A stretch of 64,000 bases of DNA from Nitrospirota bacterium (GCA_963749655.1 CAVVOB010000035.1:1-64000); one strand, 5' to 3'. Counted from the first letter of the stretch, positions 31,843-43,479 are shown. Numbers and translations are program-made. Notes: generated from the sequence alone by a model not told the origin.

Positions 31843-32347
31843 ATGAATGCACCCGTGATGATCCGGCCGACCCAGTTTCTGACCTGCAGGTCTCGGGGAA
31901 GAGGTCTTTGCCGTCGATATTGCGAAGGTCCGTGAGGTCCTCGACGTTGCAGAAGTAACGCGTGTGCCCGGGATGCCCGGGTTCATGCTCGGCGTTATCA
32001 ACCTCCGTGGCGCAGTGGTGCCCATCGTGGACCTGCACGTCAAGTTCGGCATGCCGAAGGCCGAACGAACGGTGGATACGTGCGTGATCATAGTCGAGGT
32101 CATGGTCGATCGTGAAAGCACGGTTCTGGGGGTCCTCGCCGACTCGGTCCGGGAAGTGGTCGATCTCGACAGGGAACAGATCGAAGCAGCGCCCCGGATC
32201 GGGACAAGGCTCCGTACGGAGTTCATCGCCGGCATGGGCAAGCAAAACGGAAGCTTTGTCATCATTCTTGATATCGACAAGGTCTTTTCAGCCGGAGAAA
32301 TGGGCCAGGTCCAGGCCGGTCGGGAAGAACATGTCACAGTGAAGTGA
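31843..32347 (+). CDS. cheW: Chemotaxis coupling protein CheW; frameshift near the 5' end
   Basis: GAGGAGG-ATG; FAVDIAKVREV...GVINLRGAVVPIVDL...GVLADSVREV...IILDIDK. Confidence 0.92.
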
Positions 32348-32368
32348 CTGCTGTTGAAGAGCACTGAA

Positions 32369-32400
32369 AAAGGCCGAAGGGATGCTTCCCTCCGGCCTTT
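32369..32400. terminator. Hairpin terminator between convergent genes
   Basis: aaaggccg-aaggga-tgct-tccctc-cggccttt. Confidence 0.6.
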
Positions 32401-32447
32401 GTGCGTTTGCTCCACGGCGAGCGCGAAGCCCATGGTGCTGAATCGGA

Positions 32448-33195
32448 TTACCTGAGGTCTTTCTTCCTCGCGACGTTTACTTCAGCGAGTCCCTCCCTTG
32501 CCAGGAGCTCAACATCATCCCGATCCAGAGCGGTCGTTGATAACGAAATCCTGTAGTCTCTCTCTGCCTCGTTCCATTCGCGCCTCAGCAAATGGAGCTC
32601 GCCGGAAATACAGGAGATCCTGCCTCCCATGCGTCCGGACAAATCATAGCGCTCTGCCATCCGTTTTGCAGCATCGAGCTCTTTTTGGGCGGCAGTCAAC
32701 GGAGCGGCAAGAGAAGTGCCGTTGCCCTGGACCTGCCTGGCCAGCGCGAGGTTTTCACGGGCAAGGAGTATGTGGTGTGCAATTGCCGTTTGCCGGTGAT
32801 CCGCTAGAAAGACGGGCAAGCTCAGCGAGGCAAGCGCAATTATGATCGCTGCGAAAAACGCAGTCGACCACAGGGAAACCTGCCGTTTCTTCGGACACGG
32901 AGCCGTCCCCGGCTGTTGTGTAAAGAAAAGCCTCCGTGCCATTACGGTGATCCCGATATAGGGGACGATGACGACAAAGGCCGTGCTGTAAAAAGTCGGC
33001 GTCCTGAAGGGCCGGTACCCCTGTCCCTGGAGGCCCAGATAGTATCCGGAAAACGCTGGCACGAACGAGATCAGATAAAAAAACGTCCAATGCGGTTCGA
33101 GCACGATCAGGGCCTCGAAGAAATCCGATGATCTGAAACGATGCTGCAGCAGTGATCGCTATCCATGATGCATGCTTCAATTGTTGCAGGTTCAC
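32448..33195 (-). CDS. Membrane protein with TPR-like C-terminus; frameshift near 33100
   Basis: ORFs 32755-33195 and 32448-33104 join; several TM segments; C-terminal GELHLLRREWNEAERDY helical repeat. Confidence 0.6.
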
Positions 33196-33274
33196 GGGTA
33201 TTCACTCCTATACTATGCGCTTGAATTTGCGCCGGCAAGTCCAAATCGGCCGGGCGCCGTTTTGCCGCGCACGT

Positions 33275-34175
33275 CTACTGCTTTTCCCATTCCTCCGCCG
33301 AGTTCTTCTTCCGGAAGAGCAGGTCATCCGATCCGGACCGGATCATATATTCCAAAGATCCCGTTCGGTGATAGGCAGTCAGAGTATACCCGTCCTTCGT
33401 CATCGACACTGCGGTCATAACTACATCCCTGGACTGCTCACATTTCGCTTCCTCCAGCGTTGACGGATAGCGCTGATGGTCCATAACATATGCAGAGAGA
33501 ATAGTCCTGCAATTCCGGAGATCGTACCCTGCAACCCTGCTCCGTATCCTTCCCGCACCTTCATCTGTACCGGACCAGAGCGAAGACCAGAATCCGACGA
33601 GCAGCACGAGCACGACGGAGGTCAGGACCAGCATCTTTTTCGATCCTTCTCCCGTCTTGAATGCCCATGCTTCCCTTACGACCTTTCCGAAAGCAGCGCC
33701 GGCCATGCACGCCGCAAGTACAATGAAGAGGAAACGGTCCTCCTCCGCTCGGTGAATCCCCCGTGCCTTCCAACGCCTTTCCTGCCGTGATGACGCCGAA
33801 GACCAGCCCTGCTGCCCCGCCGGCGATGACCTGCCAATCAGTATGCCCTTTCTCGATATCACGAACAGGAGCCGGTTCTCCTTTCTTGCCGAGCCATGAC
33901 AGGCGCCACATGACAGCCAGAGTTATTACGATTGCCATGGAGGGGACCAGCGCTGCCGCGGCAGGGTATACATAGAGCTGCCATTGCTTGAACGGTTGGT
34001 ACTGCTTCGACCGAAGATGAGCATAAATGCCGCCGCACAACGGCAGTAATGAGATCAAGCTTAGGAAAGACAGTATCGGGGACGCAAGGTCGAATGCATA
34101 ATAGTGCGCGGCCTGCACGGCTGCGGCAACCCCCATCAGACACCAGGACATCTTTTCCAATCTTCCGTCGTTCAC
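33275..34175 (-). CDS. Multi-TM protein with C-terminal pilin-like domain; frameshift near 33740
   Basis: ORFs 33561-34175 and 33275-33862 join; DLRNCRTILSAYVMDHQRYP...YTLTAYHRTG. Confidence 0.62.
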
Positions 34176-34229
34176 GTGCCGTCCTCCTCGTTCAATTGGC
34201 TAAAGCCCTGTCGGCCGCTGAAGATTCTG

Positions 34230-35238
34230 CTACTGATCTGTCCCGGACATTGATGTTTCTCCGTTCCTGCAGGAAACCAAGCTGATACTATTCGAAAATA
34301 ATCCGCCCCGGATTACCAATGCCCCGTCCCGGACACCGGCGCCCTGATAATTGACCACCACTGCCTGTGCACCATGGGGAACGCCGCATTGGTCTGGTTG
34401 CCATCGCCGGCTTCTTACGACGAACTTTTTTCCGGGATCGATCCTGACAGGGACATCGTCGTCTCCGGGTCTCTGGTCCCGCGCCAGGGGTAATCTTTCC
34501 CACGCCGGCGGTCCGGGGATAACGCCTGCCTGTTCTTGAGGGTAGACCGCGACCTTCACTCCCGCCCATTCGTGTGCATTGCCTCCGGCGGGCGGGAGCG
34601 CAAAATACACTGCTTCCCGACCGGGATTGACGATGTCCATTTCAAAGTACTCGTCGTCGCTTGCGACAACGTGGCGGACCTCCAGCTTGAGCGCCGCTCT
34701 CGGATGAGACCGCAATTCGGCCTGCAGTGTATGGAGCTCCATCATAAGCGGTTCGAGGAGCGCCAGGGATCTTCGTTCGCCGCTTCCCGACGGTTTTCGC
34801 GACTTCTTTCGCTGCGGTCTTGTACGTGAATGTCAGAAGACTTTCATTGGACATCTCGTACCTGCCTTCAGGCTGAAGACTGGTGAAGTTCGCGGATTCA
34901 AGAAGAGCTCGCAGCCGTTCAAGCGCAGAATCTTCAATGGTCATCTCGAATCGTCCGATCGACTGACCCGCATCGTCTCCCGGGTGGCGGTTAATATCGA
35001 GAGTGGCTTTGCCGGACCTGCTGTCCACGGTGATGGTGGTCTCCCACATATGCATATCCTTCGCGATGTTTGCTCCGCCACGGGAGGAGTACGCAAACAA
35101 GTAAGTATCTTTCACTTCGCTCATAACGCCTCCGGCCGGCATCGGGCTCTGCTTCCCCGACCTGTCAGACACCGTGCCGGCAATCGCGGTCATACAAAAA
35201 ACGAGCAGCAGAATGACAACAGCCCCCCCTGTCCGCAT
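34230..35238 (-). CDS. Hypothetical exported protein; frameshift near 34780
   Basis: Signal-peptide-like N-terminus with GGAGG RBS; ORFs 34642-35238 and 34230-34745 overlap and join. Confidence 0.55.
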
Positions 35239-35346
35239 GCTGGTCCTCCTTGTCGGTTCGTTCTCTTCAATATACGACTGTCGACCGGAACTTCCCGTGA
35301 TAACCGTGACGGCGACAGCACCCGGGGTCTCATCTTTCGGCTTAAG

Positions 35347-36520
35347 CTACCGCTCCTCGATCGCAGCATCGCCGGCCTCTAAGGGAACTTCCAGCGCGAA
35401 AATCTTATCGCTGCACGCACAGGTGAAAAAGATCCTGCTTCCCTCGTCATGGCGCGTGAACAGCGTATACTCTGCAGCGGTCGCATTCTTATAGGGCACA
35501 TCGATCCTGGCGCCGTGATCACGAGCCAGGTCCTCGAATGTTCGGTCTTCGATCTTTGCATCACGGTTCTTCAGCGCCATCTCGGAAACATTTTGCCTGG
35601 CAGCCAGTACCATCCTGTATGCGTTTGCGTCGTTTTCCGGCAGCAGAGGAACACGGGGCCGCGAGATCTCGGAAATCGCGGCCGCCATGTGCATCGTTGT
35701 CGCCAGACGCACTTTTACGATGCCGCGTGCGGAATCTGAATATCCCCGATGTCCGACTGCGTAGGAGATCGCCAGGTAAATCTCCCTGCCTTGTTCGTGC
35801 AGCGCGCTGATGAGATAGCAGTCCTTTTTCACATCGAGAAGACTTAGCGTCACGCCTCGCTGCAGGGAAAAATTGCTGTACGATGATGCCGCATCAGCGC
35901 GGTCAGCGCCGACGATCAGAGAGGTGACGCCGGTAGACGAGCTCAGTCTTGCCGACGCGTAGCTCCGGAGATCGGCGTGGACGGCGTCCAGTGTTGTCAC
36001 GGCATTTCTTAAATCAGATAATGCTGAAGCGTCGCAGGCTCTGTCACGGTAAGAAAAATAGGCGGGAACGTTAAGTCCCACAAACAGGACCATGGTCGTC
36101 CAGAGCGCCGCGATCGCAGCGCCGCCTATGGTAACGCCGCAGGGGACCGCCTTTCCGGCGTTTTGTCTCATTGCAGAGCGGATTTTCAGAAAGTAAAGGT
36201 AGTTGCCGGTCATCCCAAGAATGAGGCCCGGCAGACAGAAATATGCTATCGGAGACCCATTGAACTGCTCCACCCACCAGGGCAGGAGAACAAACAGGAG
36301 GGGCGCTGCGATCGCCAATCCGTACATGCGCCGGTACGCCGGCCAGATAAAAGGCAGCAGGAAGGCCGCCCAGTTCCAGGTGAATCTGAAGCGGTCCTCT
36401 GCCGTCTGCGGTGAACTTGCGGAATTGTAGGATATAGTATTCATGATTCTTCCTGATCAAATGGGCCGCTTCTGTCGAGGAGCTCTTTTCCTGGTCGTTT
36501 TCCTTCTGCTTGCTGTTCAT
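35347..36520 (-). CDS. DUF2628 membrane domain fused to two pilin-like domains; frameshift near 36395
   Basis: EYY...F, FTWNWAAFLL...YRRMY...GNYLY (DUF2628); PAYFSYRDRACDASALSDLRNAVTTL pilin-like helix. Confidence 0.72.
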
Positions 36521-36653
36521 TCTTATGCCTCGCTTGAGCAAACTCATTCCGGTGTACATTGTATGCCGATCATCGCTTTCAAGCCGTGACTATCTTCACT
36601 GCACCATCGGAGCACCTGACTGTCTATAGCAATGTCCAGGACGAATGTTGCAC

Positions 36654-37322
36654 TCATGACGAATGCCTGTGGCTCTCGGTGAGAGGTTTCGTTGTGCCGC
36701 CATTGATGTAGAATGTCTCATAGCCGTCCAGCTTGCCGCCGAGTGAGAATTCTTGAATAGTGATCCTATTTTTGTCGTTATAATGATCAGGATAGGAATA
36801 ACGATAATAGATCGTATATCCGTTTTTTTGAATAGAACAGACACCTGAAAAATTGTCCTTGCAGGAGAAACCGTCAATAGTTTCCGGGCATTTACTACTC
36901 TCTTTGCAGATACGGTCCACATGCGCTGCTGTCTGCCTGACAAAATCAATAGTCGACGTCTTGTTTTTATTACCTGCGTACTGACTAGAAAAGAAAAAAA
37001 TGAACATCGACGCTACGGCCAGCAGACGTACAAAAGCATGGCGTGCGGCATTCTTTTCGACCGAGAGATATAATCTCACGGCAAGGAAGATGACCGGGGC
37101 AATGCCGATGAGGAAATAGCTCGTATTGCCACGACTCATAACTTGAAGTATTACCGTAAGAACAAAGTAGAGAATAATTGCTCCTACGGTGTTCAGCACT
37201 TCATCGAGGTTGGTATTCGTCGGCGTCGAAGGCTGCTCCAGGGCGTTCCCGCATTGTATGCAGACCTTCAGCCCCAGGGGATAGGACGAACCGCATCTTT
37301 TGCAGTAGTCTGTTACTTTCAC
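36654..37322 (-). CDS. Zinc-ribbon membrane protein
   Basis: CKRCG...CIQCG N-terminus, three TM segments, Cys-containing C-terminal domain; AT-richer than flanks. Confidence 0.65.
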   Translation of the reverse strand: MKVTDYCKRCGSSYPLGLKVCIQCGNALEQPSTPTNTNLDEVLNTVGAIILYFVLTVILQVMSRGNTSYFLIGIAPVIFLAVRLYLSVEKNAARHAFVRLLAVASMFIFFFSSQYAGNKNKTSTIDFVRQTAAHVDRICKESSKCPETIDGFSCKDNFSGVCSIQKNGYTIYYRYSYPDHYNDKNRITIQEFSLGGKLDGYETFYINGGTTKPLTESHRHSS

Positions 37323-37380
37323 GAAGCTCCTCCCCGCAATTGTGGATTCGCGCTATCAATAAACAGTCACTGCTCTTCAC

Positions 37381-39397
37381 TCACTGTTTGCCGCTGTTCT
37401 CAACGCTTCCCTGAAGGCGCTCGCCCTTCTGCTTCTCCTTCAGCCACATTCGCGCCGACTCTCGCAGGTTTTCCCGCTCTTCGGGCGTGATGCCCTTCGG
37501 ATCGAACCGATAACGATTATGGAGAGTGATAAGGTCGGACAGCCGGCTGCACTGCTCAGCGGAAAAAATCCGCTGTTGCTCCATTTTTCCAAGCCAGGCG
37601 CCTGTTGATTCCCAGGGCTGTCTGAGAAATCCCCGCTCTTTCAAGACCGCTTCCACCGTGTAGAACTCGGAATCATTTCCCGGAGAGGCGTGTGCACCGG
37701 TATCACATGTTCTCCCGAGGTTCTCGTTTCTTCCGTGTCTTATAGATCTTCCATGCGAAAAAAATAACAGCCGCGCCCAGGCCCCAGATGCTTAAGGACC
37801 GGAATCGCGTGATGCCGAGCCCGCGCCGCCATTGCGAAAAAAGGAAAACCGCTCTTTGCCAGAGGTCGTGGACATAGGTGAATATCGGAGCCTGCGTATT
37901 TTCAATATCCGCCCATGAGGGCGGCGTGGTGTCGAAATCGCGCCATGCGCCATTCACGTAGACCAGGCACCAGGCATGGGCATGGCGGGACCGGACGATG
38001 AACATTTTCTCAAGGTCGCTGTACTCCTGGACAGAGTAGCCGACTGCATACCGCGCGGGGATGCCCGCGGCGCGCAGCAGCAGAACCGTGGCGGTGGCGA
38101 AATATTCGCAGTGCCCCGCGCGCGTCGTGAGCAGAAATTTCGAGAGCGGCAGAGGGTCCTGATCGTCTGCTTGGGCGAGGGAATAGCGGAACCGGTCACT
38201 GAAAAAGCCTGCCAGGGACTCCATGGCTTTCTCCGGTTCCCCTGAACTGAGTCCCAATCCGGCAACCATGGTCCGGAGAACGACTGCTTCGTTTTCCGGG
38301 ACAGCGACATCCTTGTCCGTGGGCTCGTCAAGCAAGACACTGTCGGAATCGGTGAAGACCTCATAATCGGCCATGCCGGGTCCATCTTTGACCTTGACGG
38401 TCCCCAGCCTACTCCGCGACAGCGCCGCGGCGGGAAGCTCCTCGATCCGCGCCGCATCCAGGGGCAGCGGCAGGACCTTTTCGCCCTCACCCAGAGCCGC
38501 GTGAACAGTCATGATCCGACGTGCGCTCCCGTCCGCACCAAGACGCCACGTTCCGTTCCCGGCAGGTTGAACCGAAAGTTCAGCGGCATTGCCCGAACTC
38601 CAGACCCGAGCGCGATACGCTGTATAGGCGGCCTCGCGCAGGAGCAGGGGGGCGGCGGCCTTATCCGAAAGCTCCACCCTGAGCACGATCCGGTTCGAGA
38701 GCTTGCGGGAACCGACAGCGCCGATGGCGCTGTGTTTCGGGTCAACCTCTCCTTCGCCGCTGCGGTCCCCTGCGAACCAGTTCGTGAATACCTGCTCGAC
38801 CTTGCCCTGCAGGGAATGGAGTCCCACATGCCCGGCATATCCCGACAGGCCGCACAAAGCGATAAGCGCCAGCCAGGTGACCAACGACAGGGAGCGTGAC
38901 CGCGCGCCCCAAAGCGCCCACGCTAGGAACACAACGCCGCCTGCGTAGAACCACGATGAGCGCTCCGGCGCCGCGCTTGCAGACAGGATGCAGAGCGCAA
39001 GAAAAGGATAGTCAAGCGTTATTGCCTTGCGGCCGGCTTCTCCTTCCCGGCGCACTCTGTTCCGGGATAGAATGGACAAGATATCGAGATCGACCTTGCC
39101 CGCGGAGCTGTACGCGATCGCCGCCATCATCGGCAGCATGGTTACCGGCGCCCATCGAAGCGTCGCAGCAACTGTTTTTGAAGGTTCTGTAACGACAAAA
39201 AATGCGGCAATGCCGATGAACAGGGTCGCGCAGCCGTTCCAGATAAAGCCGAACTGTCTGCGGGAGACCTCCAGCCGCCAGGAGATGAACCGAGGCGCTT
39301 CCAGCAGCAGTGCCGCAGCAACTCCCAGGACCAGGTGTCCGTTCAGCCACCCCTGGAAGATCATTGCCGCGCCGAGGATGAACGCAGGTGTATTCAT
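37381..39397 (-). CDS. TgpA-like membrane transglutaminase with DUF4129-like tail; frameshift near 37700
   Basis: Multi-TM N-terminus; GHCEYFATA, GIPARYAVGY, HAHAW, DFDTTP catalytic triad; tail ORF 37381-37656. Confidence 0.88.
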
Positions 39398-40735
39398 AGC
39401 GAGGCGAGTCCTTCCCCGATCTTTCCGACCTCGATCACGCGGACACGGTCATTTTCGGGATCAGGCCGTGCTGCGCCGGGCGACGCGGGGTCAACGATGA
39501 CGATCGCAAGCACGGGGATGCCGAGCGACCGAAGGCCGTGAATGAGGCGTTTTCGCTCATCGTCCCACGCCAGCAGAATGCAGATGCACCCGCTCAGCGA
39601 AGATACGCGCTCCATGACCGCAACGCGAAGATCCTCGAAAGGCCTGGTCTCGCAGGGCAGGACCGAGGCAAGGGTCTCCAGCGCCTGCTCCATCCGGCCG
39701 ACGCCCCGGCCCACGGTGACGCAGAACACGTCTGCGCCCACGAACAGCAGGTCGAGCAGGCTTTCCTGCGTTTCTATCGTGCAGGCAAAGGAGGCAGCCA
39801 CGGAAACGGCTTCCTCGAACACCGCTGCGCTGACGCCGGCCTTGAACGTGTCAAGGACCAGCGCATGGCGCACAAAATACTCTTCCTGATATTCCTTCAC
39901 CACGGGCTTGCCGGAACGCGCCCAGCTTTTCCAATGGATGCGTCGAAGCGGATCGCCCGGACGGTAATCCCGCAGGGATACGAACTCCTCGGAATCTCCG
40001 ATCGAGCCGGCCATCGATACGCCGCCCTGCTGGTACACCCGCGTCCCCGGGGAGGCTGACCGCAGGAAGCGGATACCTTTTGGGAAGGATGAGAACGGAC
40101 TGACGAAGAGGAACGGCGCGACCGATCTTGAGCAGTCCGAGAGGATCGCGTTTCGAAATGGTCACGCCCTCGAACTGCACGATCCCCCGCCGCGTGGGGA
40201 TGAATTCGCCCCGTACTTCGCCGTCGCTGTTCTGCGACACTGCGGGGACGGTCTGCTCTTTGATCGCAGCGCAGCTCTTCGCCGCGACCAGGTCCAGCCA
40301 TCGGGAATATCCGAGGAATTCGAACGTTCCTTTCCGGCGGGCGCCGCCCGGGTCCGCAGTGCCGCTGAATTCCTTGTACGAGGGGCGGGGATCAGCGAGG
40401 TTTTCCTCAAGCACCAGGTCCCGGAGCGTCCCGCGCTCCCCGCTGCTCACGATGACGCGGTAGGCAAGCGGCTGGCCTGCAGTGCCGAATTGCGGAAGAA
40501 CGCGGCGGGCAACGGCGCGGGTGTCGAGAAAGAACCGTGAAATGAATGAAAGCGCTACCAGGGACAGGAGGAGCGTGAAGAGCTGATAGGCCATGGTGAG
40601 ATTGGTGTCGACCCCGATCACCGCGGAAGCGACAAGAGTGGAAAGCACGAACGTTCCCGCCGGGGTGAACCTGCGCGTGATCCGGTACCTGACTGCGGAC
40701 AGGATACGGAACAGCATGTAGGGAATGCGTTTCAT
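39394..40735 (-). CDS. DUF58 protein; frameshift near 40045
   Basis: RRG...DPLGL...ILP; EFVSLRDYRPGDPLRRIHWKSWAR..KPVVKEY; FEEAVSVAAS. Confidence 0.9.
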
Positions 40736-40754
40736 GATTGATGTTTAAAGTTTT

Positions 40755-41004
40755 CCGCCACAGAGATCACCGAGGGAACGGAGAAAGTCTTTTGTGTCAT
40801 ACCCGGTGGCCATATACTTCAAAAACAATTTTTCGCGCGGAGACGCAGAGACGCTGAGAAAGTTTTCATCTTTTATATCAGGACTGTCATCCCCTGTGCT
40901 TTTGGGACGTTTCTGCCGTTCTTCGCGACTCTGCGTCTGCGCGCGATACGCCGTGCTTTCGTTGCGTCCCTGCCGTTCCTGCGACTCCGCGGCTCCGCGC
41001 GAGA
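40755..41004. repeat. Nested 9-mer repeat arrays in inverted orientation between moxR and DUF58
   Basis: ccgccacagagatcaccgag; tcgcgcggagacgcagagacgctgag ... ttcgcgactctgcgtctgcgcgcga; ctgcgactccgcggctccgcgcgaga. Confidence 0.7.
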
Positions 41005-41031
41005 CCGTCTTGCTTTTGACCCGCTTCCCTG

Positions 41032-41982
41032 CTACGCGGGCACGGGGACCTTCTTCAAGCAATCCTCCACGACCGACCGCGAGGTGAGCCCTGAAAACTT
41101 CGCCTGCGGATTGAGCACGACCCGGTGAGCGATCACGGGCGCGGCCAGTTCCTGGAGCTGCTCGGGCAGAACGAATTCCCTGTTGTCCACGAGCGCCAGC
41201 GCCTGGGCGGCCTTCACCAGGGCGATCGATGCCCGCGGGCTCGCGCCGAGCTGGACGCCCTGGGCCGACCGGGTCTCGCGAACGATGTCCGTCGCATACC
41301 GCTTCAGCTCATCGCTGATCCTCACCGATTTCACACGCTCCCGAAGCAGGGTCACGTCTTCCTTGGTCACGCAGGCCTTGAGATCATGGATGGGATGGCG
41401 CTTTTCCTGGGCGGTCACGACCTTGACCTCGTCTTCCGCAGAGACATAGCCGAGGCTGAACTGCATGGCAAAGCGGTCCATCTGGGCCTCGGGCAGCGGA
41501 TAGGTCCCGCGGAACTCGACGGGGTTTTGTGTCGCGATGACGAAGAACAGGTCATCAAGGGGCAGGGTTTTCCCGTCTATGCTCACCTGTCCCTCGGCCA
41601 TGGCTTCGAGCATGGCCGACTGGGTCCGCGGCGAGGCCCGGTTGATCTCGTCGCCGAGCAGGATATTGGTAAAGACCGGCCCGCGGTGCAGGTGAAACGC
41701 CTGGGCCTGCTGATCGAAGATGGATACGCCGAGAATGTCCGAAGGAAGAAGATCGGGCGTGAACTGGACCCGCCGATACTCGGCCCCCACGGAGAGCGCG
41801 AGCGCTTTTGCCAGCGTCGTTTTGCCGGTCCCGGGATAATCCTCCAGAAGGACGTGCCCCCCGCTGGCAAAAGCGGCGAGCAGGAGCCTGATGGCCGCTG
41901 ATTGTCCTTTCATCACGGTTTCGACGTTCTGCATGATGCTGTGAAGGGTTTCTACAGGTGACTGCTGTTGTCCGCTCATCAT
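41032..41982 (-). CDS. MoxR-family AAA+ ATPase
   Basis: GHVLLEDYPGTGKT, QFTPDLLPSD, DEINRASPRTQSA, ATQNP, YPLPEAQMDRF, GASPR. Confidence 0.95.
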   Translation of the reverse strand: MMSGQQQSPVETLHSIMQNVETVMKGQSAAIRLLLAAFASGGHVLLEDYPGTGKTTLAKALALSVGAEYRRVQFTPDLLPSDILGVSIFDQQAQAFHLHRGPVFTNILLGDEINRASPRTQSAMLEAMAEGQVSIDGKTLPLDDLFFVIATQNPVEFRGTYPLPEAQMDRFAMQFSLGYVSAEDEVKVVTAQEKRHPIHDLKACVTKEDVTLLRERVKSVRISDELKRYATDIVRETRSAQGVQLGASPRASIALVKAAQALALVDNREFVLPEQLQELAAPVIAHRVVLNPQAKFSGLTSRSVVEDCLKKVPVPA

Positions 41983-42103
41983 GATCTCCTTATGGTGACT
42001 AGCAGCTGATACGGGCTCTACTCCTCGATCAGCGTTTCACAATATGACGACCCGGATTGCCGCGCCGGCGACAAGGCCGGGAATGACCGGAACCATCAGT
42101 GCC

Positions 42104-42230
42104 GATCTCGTAAAAAGTCTTTTTAGCCACAGAAGTCACAAAAGTTTAATAAGTATCATTGATTTTTCAAAAACTCTTTTTATGCCTTCTGTGCCTTTTG
42201 TGGCAAATCTTGACTTCATACGACTACATC
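42104..42230. mobile_element. Short MITE-like element with imperfect terminal inverted repeats
   Basis: gatctcgtaaaaagtc ... gacttcatacgactacatc ends enclosing gccacagaagtcacaaaag / ccttctgtgccttttgtggc; AT-rich island. Confidence 0.5.
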
Positions 42231-42278
42231 ATCAGTGCTGTCTTCTATAATCTGCCTGAAAGGCGGGTACCACGGCAC

Positions 42279-42842
42279 TTATGCGGGCTTCGGCCTGCCG
42301 AACCGCTGCCGGAGCGCTTCCGTAAATTTGCCGTCCGCTTTCAACGAAACGAGCTCGATCGGCGAATAACCCCGTTTCCATGCCCAATAGAACATCAAGA
42401 GGAGGAGCGCGCCGGTGATCGCAAAATTCTGGCAGCCGTTCAGGGGCCACTGCCCGCTCCAGACATATGCACGGTTCGAGAACGGCCAGAAATAGGGGAC
42501 GGCCCAAAAATCGTCTCCCAGGCCGCGGGAGCCGACGAGGTCTTCCAGAATATGCACATGAAAGCTGACAAGAACGAGCAGCAGGACGACCCGCCTGCGC
42601 ACGCTCATCGCGAACCCGAGCGCCGAAAGAATCAGTCCGAAGAATATGTTATGGCCGAAAACATGATGATACCGCTGATAGAACTCGAATTCGTTGCCTC
42701 TCGACAGCACGTCCCACACGACGCCCAGGCCGTCGATGTCGGGGAGGACCGCAGCGAGGGTCACGATCATCCGCTCGCGTCTGCTCAGCGTTGTCGTGTT
42801 TGCGACGGCCCATCCGGAGAGAAAATGGGTTATGGGGCTCAT
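42279..42842 (-). CDS. Membrane-bound metal-dependent hydrolase (YdjM/DUF457-like)
   Basis: MSPITH, LPDID, YHHVFGHN, HVHILEDL, PYFWPFS; AGGAGG RBS. Confidence 0.85.
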   Translation of the reverse strand: MSPITHFLSGWAVANTTTLSRRERMIVTLAAVLPDIDGLGVVWDVLSRGNEFEFYQRYHHVFGHNIFFGLILSALGFAMSVRRRVVLLLVLVSFHVHILEDLVGSRGLGDDFWAVPYFWPFSNRAYVWSGQWPLNGCQNFAITGALLLLMFYWAWKRGYSPIELVSLKADGKFTEALRQRFGRPKPA

Positions 42843-43088
42843 AAGCAACTCCTCCTTGCTGGAAAGCCAGTGGTCACGGGAAGGAACCGGATATCGTCTT
42901 TCCCGGAGTCTGATCCCAACCTGTTGTTGCAGATTCACTCCTATGTATGAACGTCTCGATAGCTCATGACGCATCGACGTTCACTGCCCAAAACACCTGC
43001 CCGAGTATTCTTTGGCCCTGCCCGGAACAACTGTTGGTCTTTGCAATCGGTTTTTACAGCTGTGTTCACGGCGGTTTGATCCTTCTTT

Positions 43089-43403
43089 TCAGTGTCTCCC
43101 TCGGTAGGCCGTGGTGCTCCCTGGCCTGTTTGCAAACTCCTCCCGTTTCACCTCATCGAGCACTTTTTTGGCTCCGTACACGCCGAGGAGACCGATAGGG
43201 ACGAAGGCGACGCAGCCGATGATCGCCAGGATGGCGCCCGTTCTTCTGTTTCCCGACGAGATCATCACGGCCCCGAAAACGGACAAGGCTACAAAGGAGC
43301 CGAAAATAAACATCACCACACCCTGGAGCTCGGGGTCCCTATCTGCTATTCCTACTGTTGCCAGGGCATTAATAATGATGCTGATCACAATAAGTTTATT
43401 CAT
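43089..43403 (-). CDS. Small hypothetical membrane protein
   Basis: AGGAG-ATG at 43403; three hydrophobic segments. Confidence 0.6.
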   Translation of the reverse strand: MNKLIVISIIINALATVGIADRDPELQGVVMFIFGSFVALSVFGAVMISSGNRRTGAILAIIGCVAFVPIGLLGVYGAKKVLDEVKREEFANRPGSTTAYRGRH

Positions 43404-43479
43404 CTCCTGTCTCCTCTGAGTGGTACGCTCGTTTCCCGAGTTTCGTTCGGCGCCGGTCCGTCGAAACTCTGAAACGCAT

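Noticed and set aside
40745-41087. Short ORFs between moxR and DUF58
   Set aside because: They translate the 9-mer repeat arrays; no RBS or family signal
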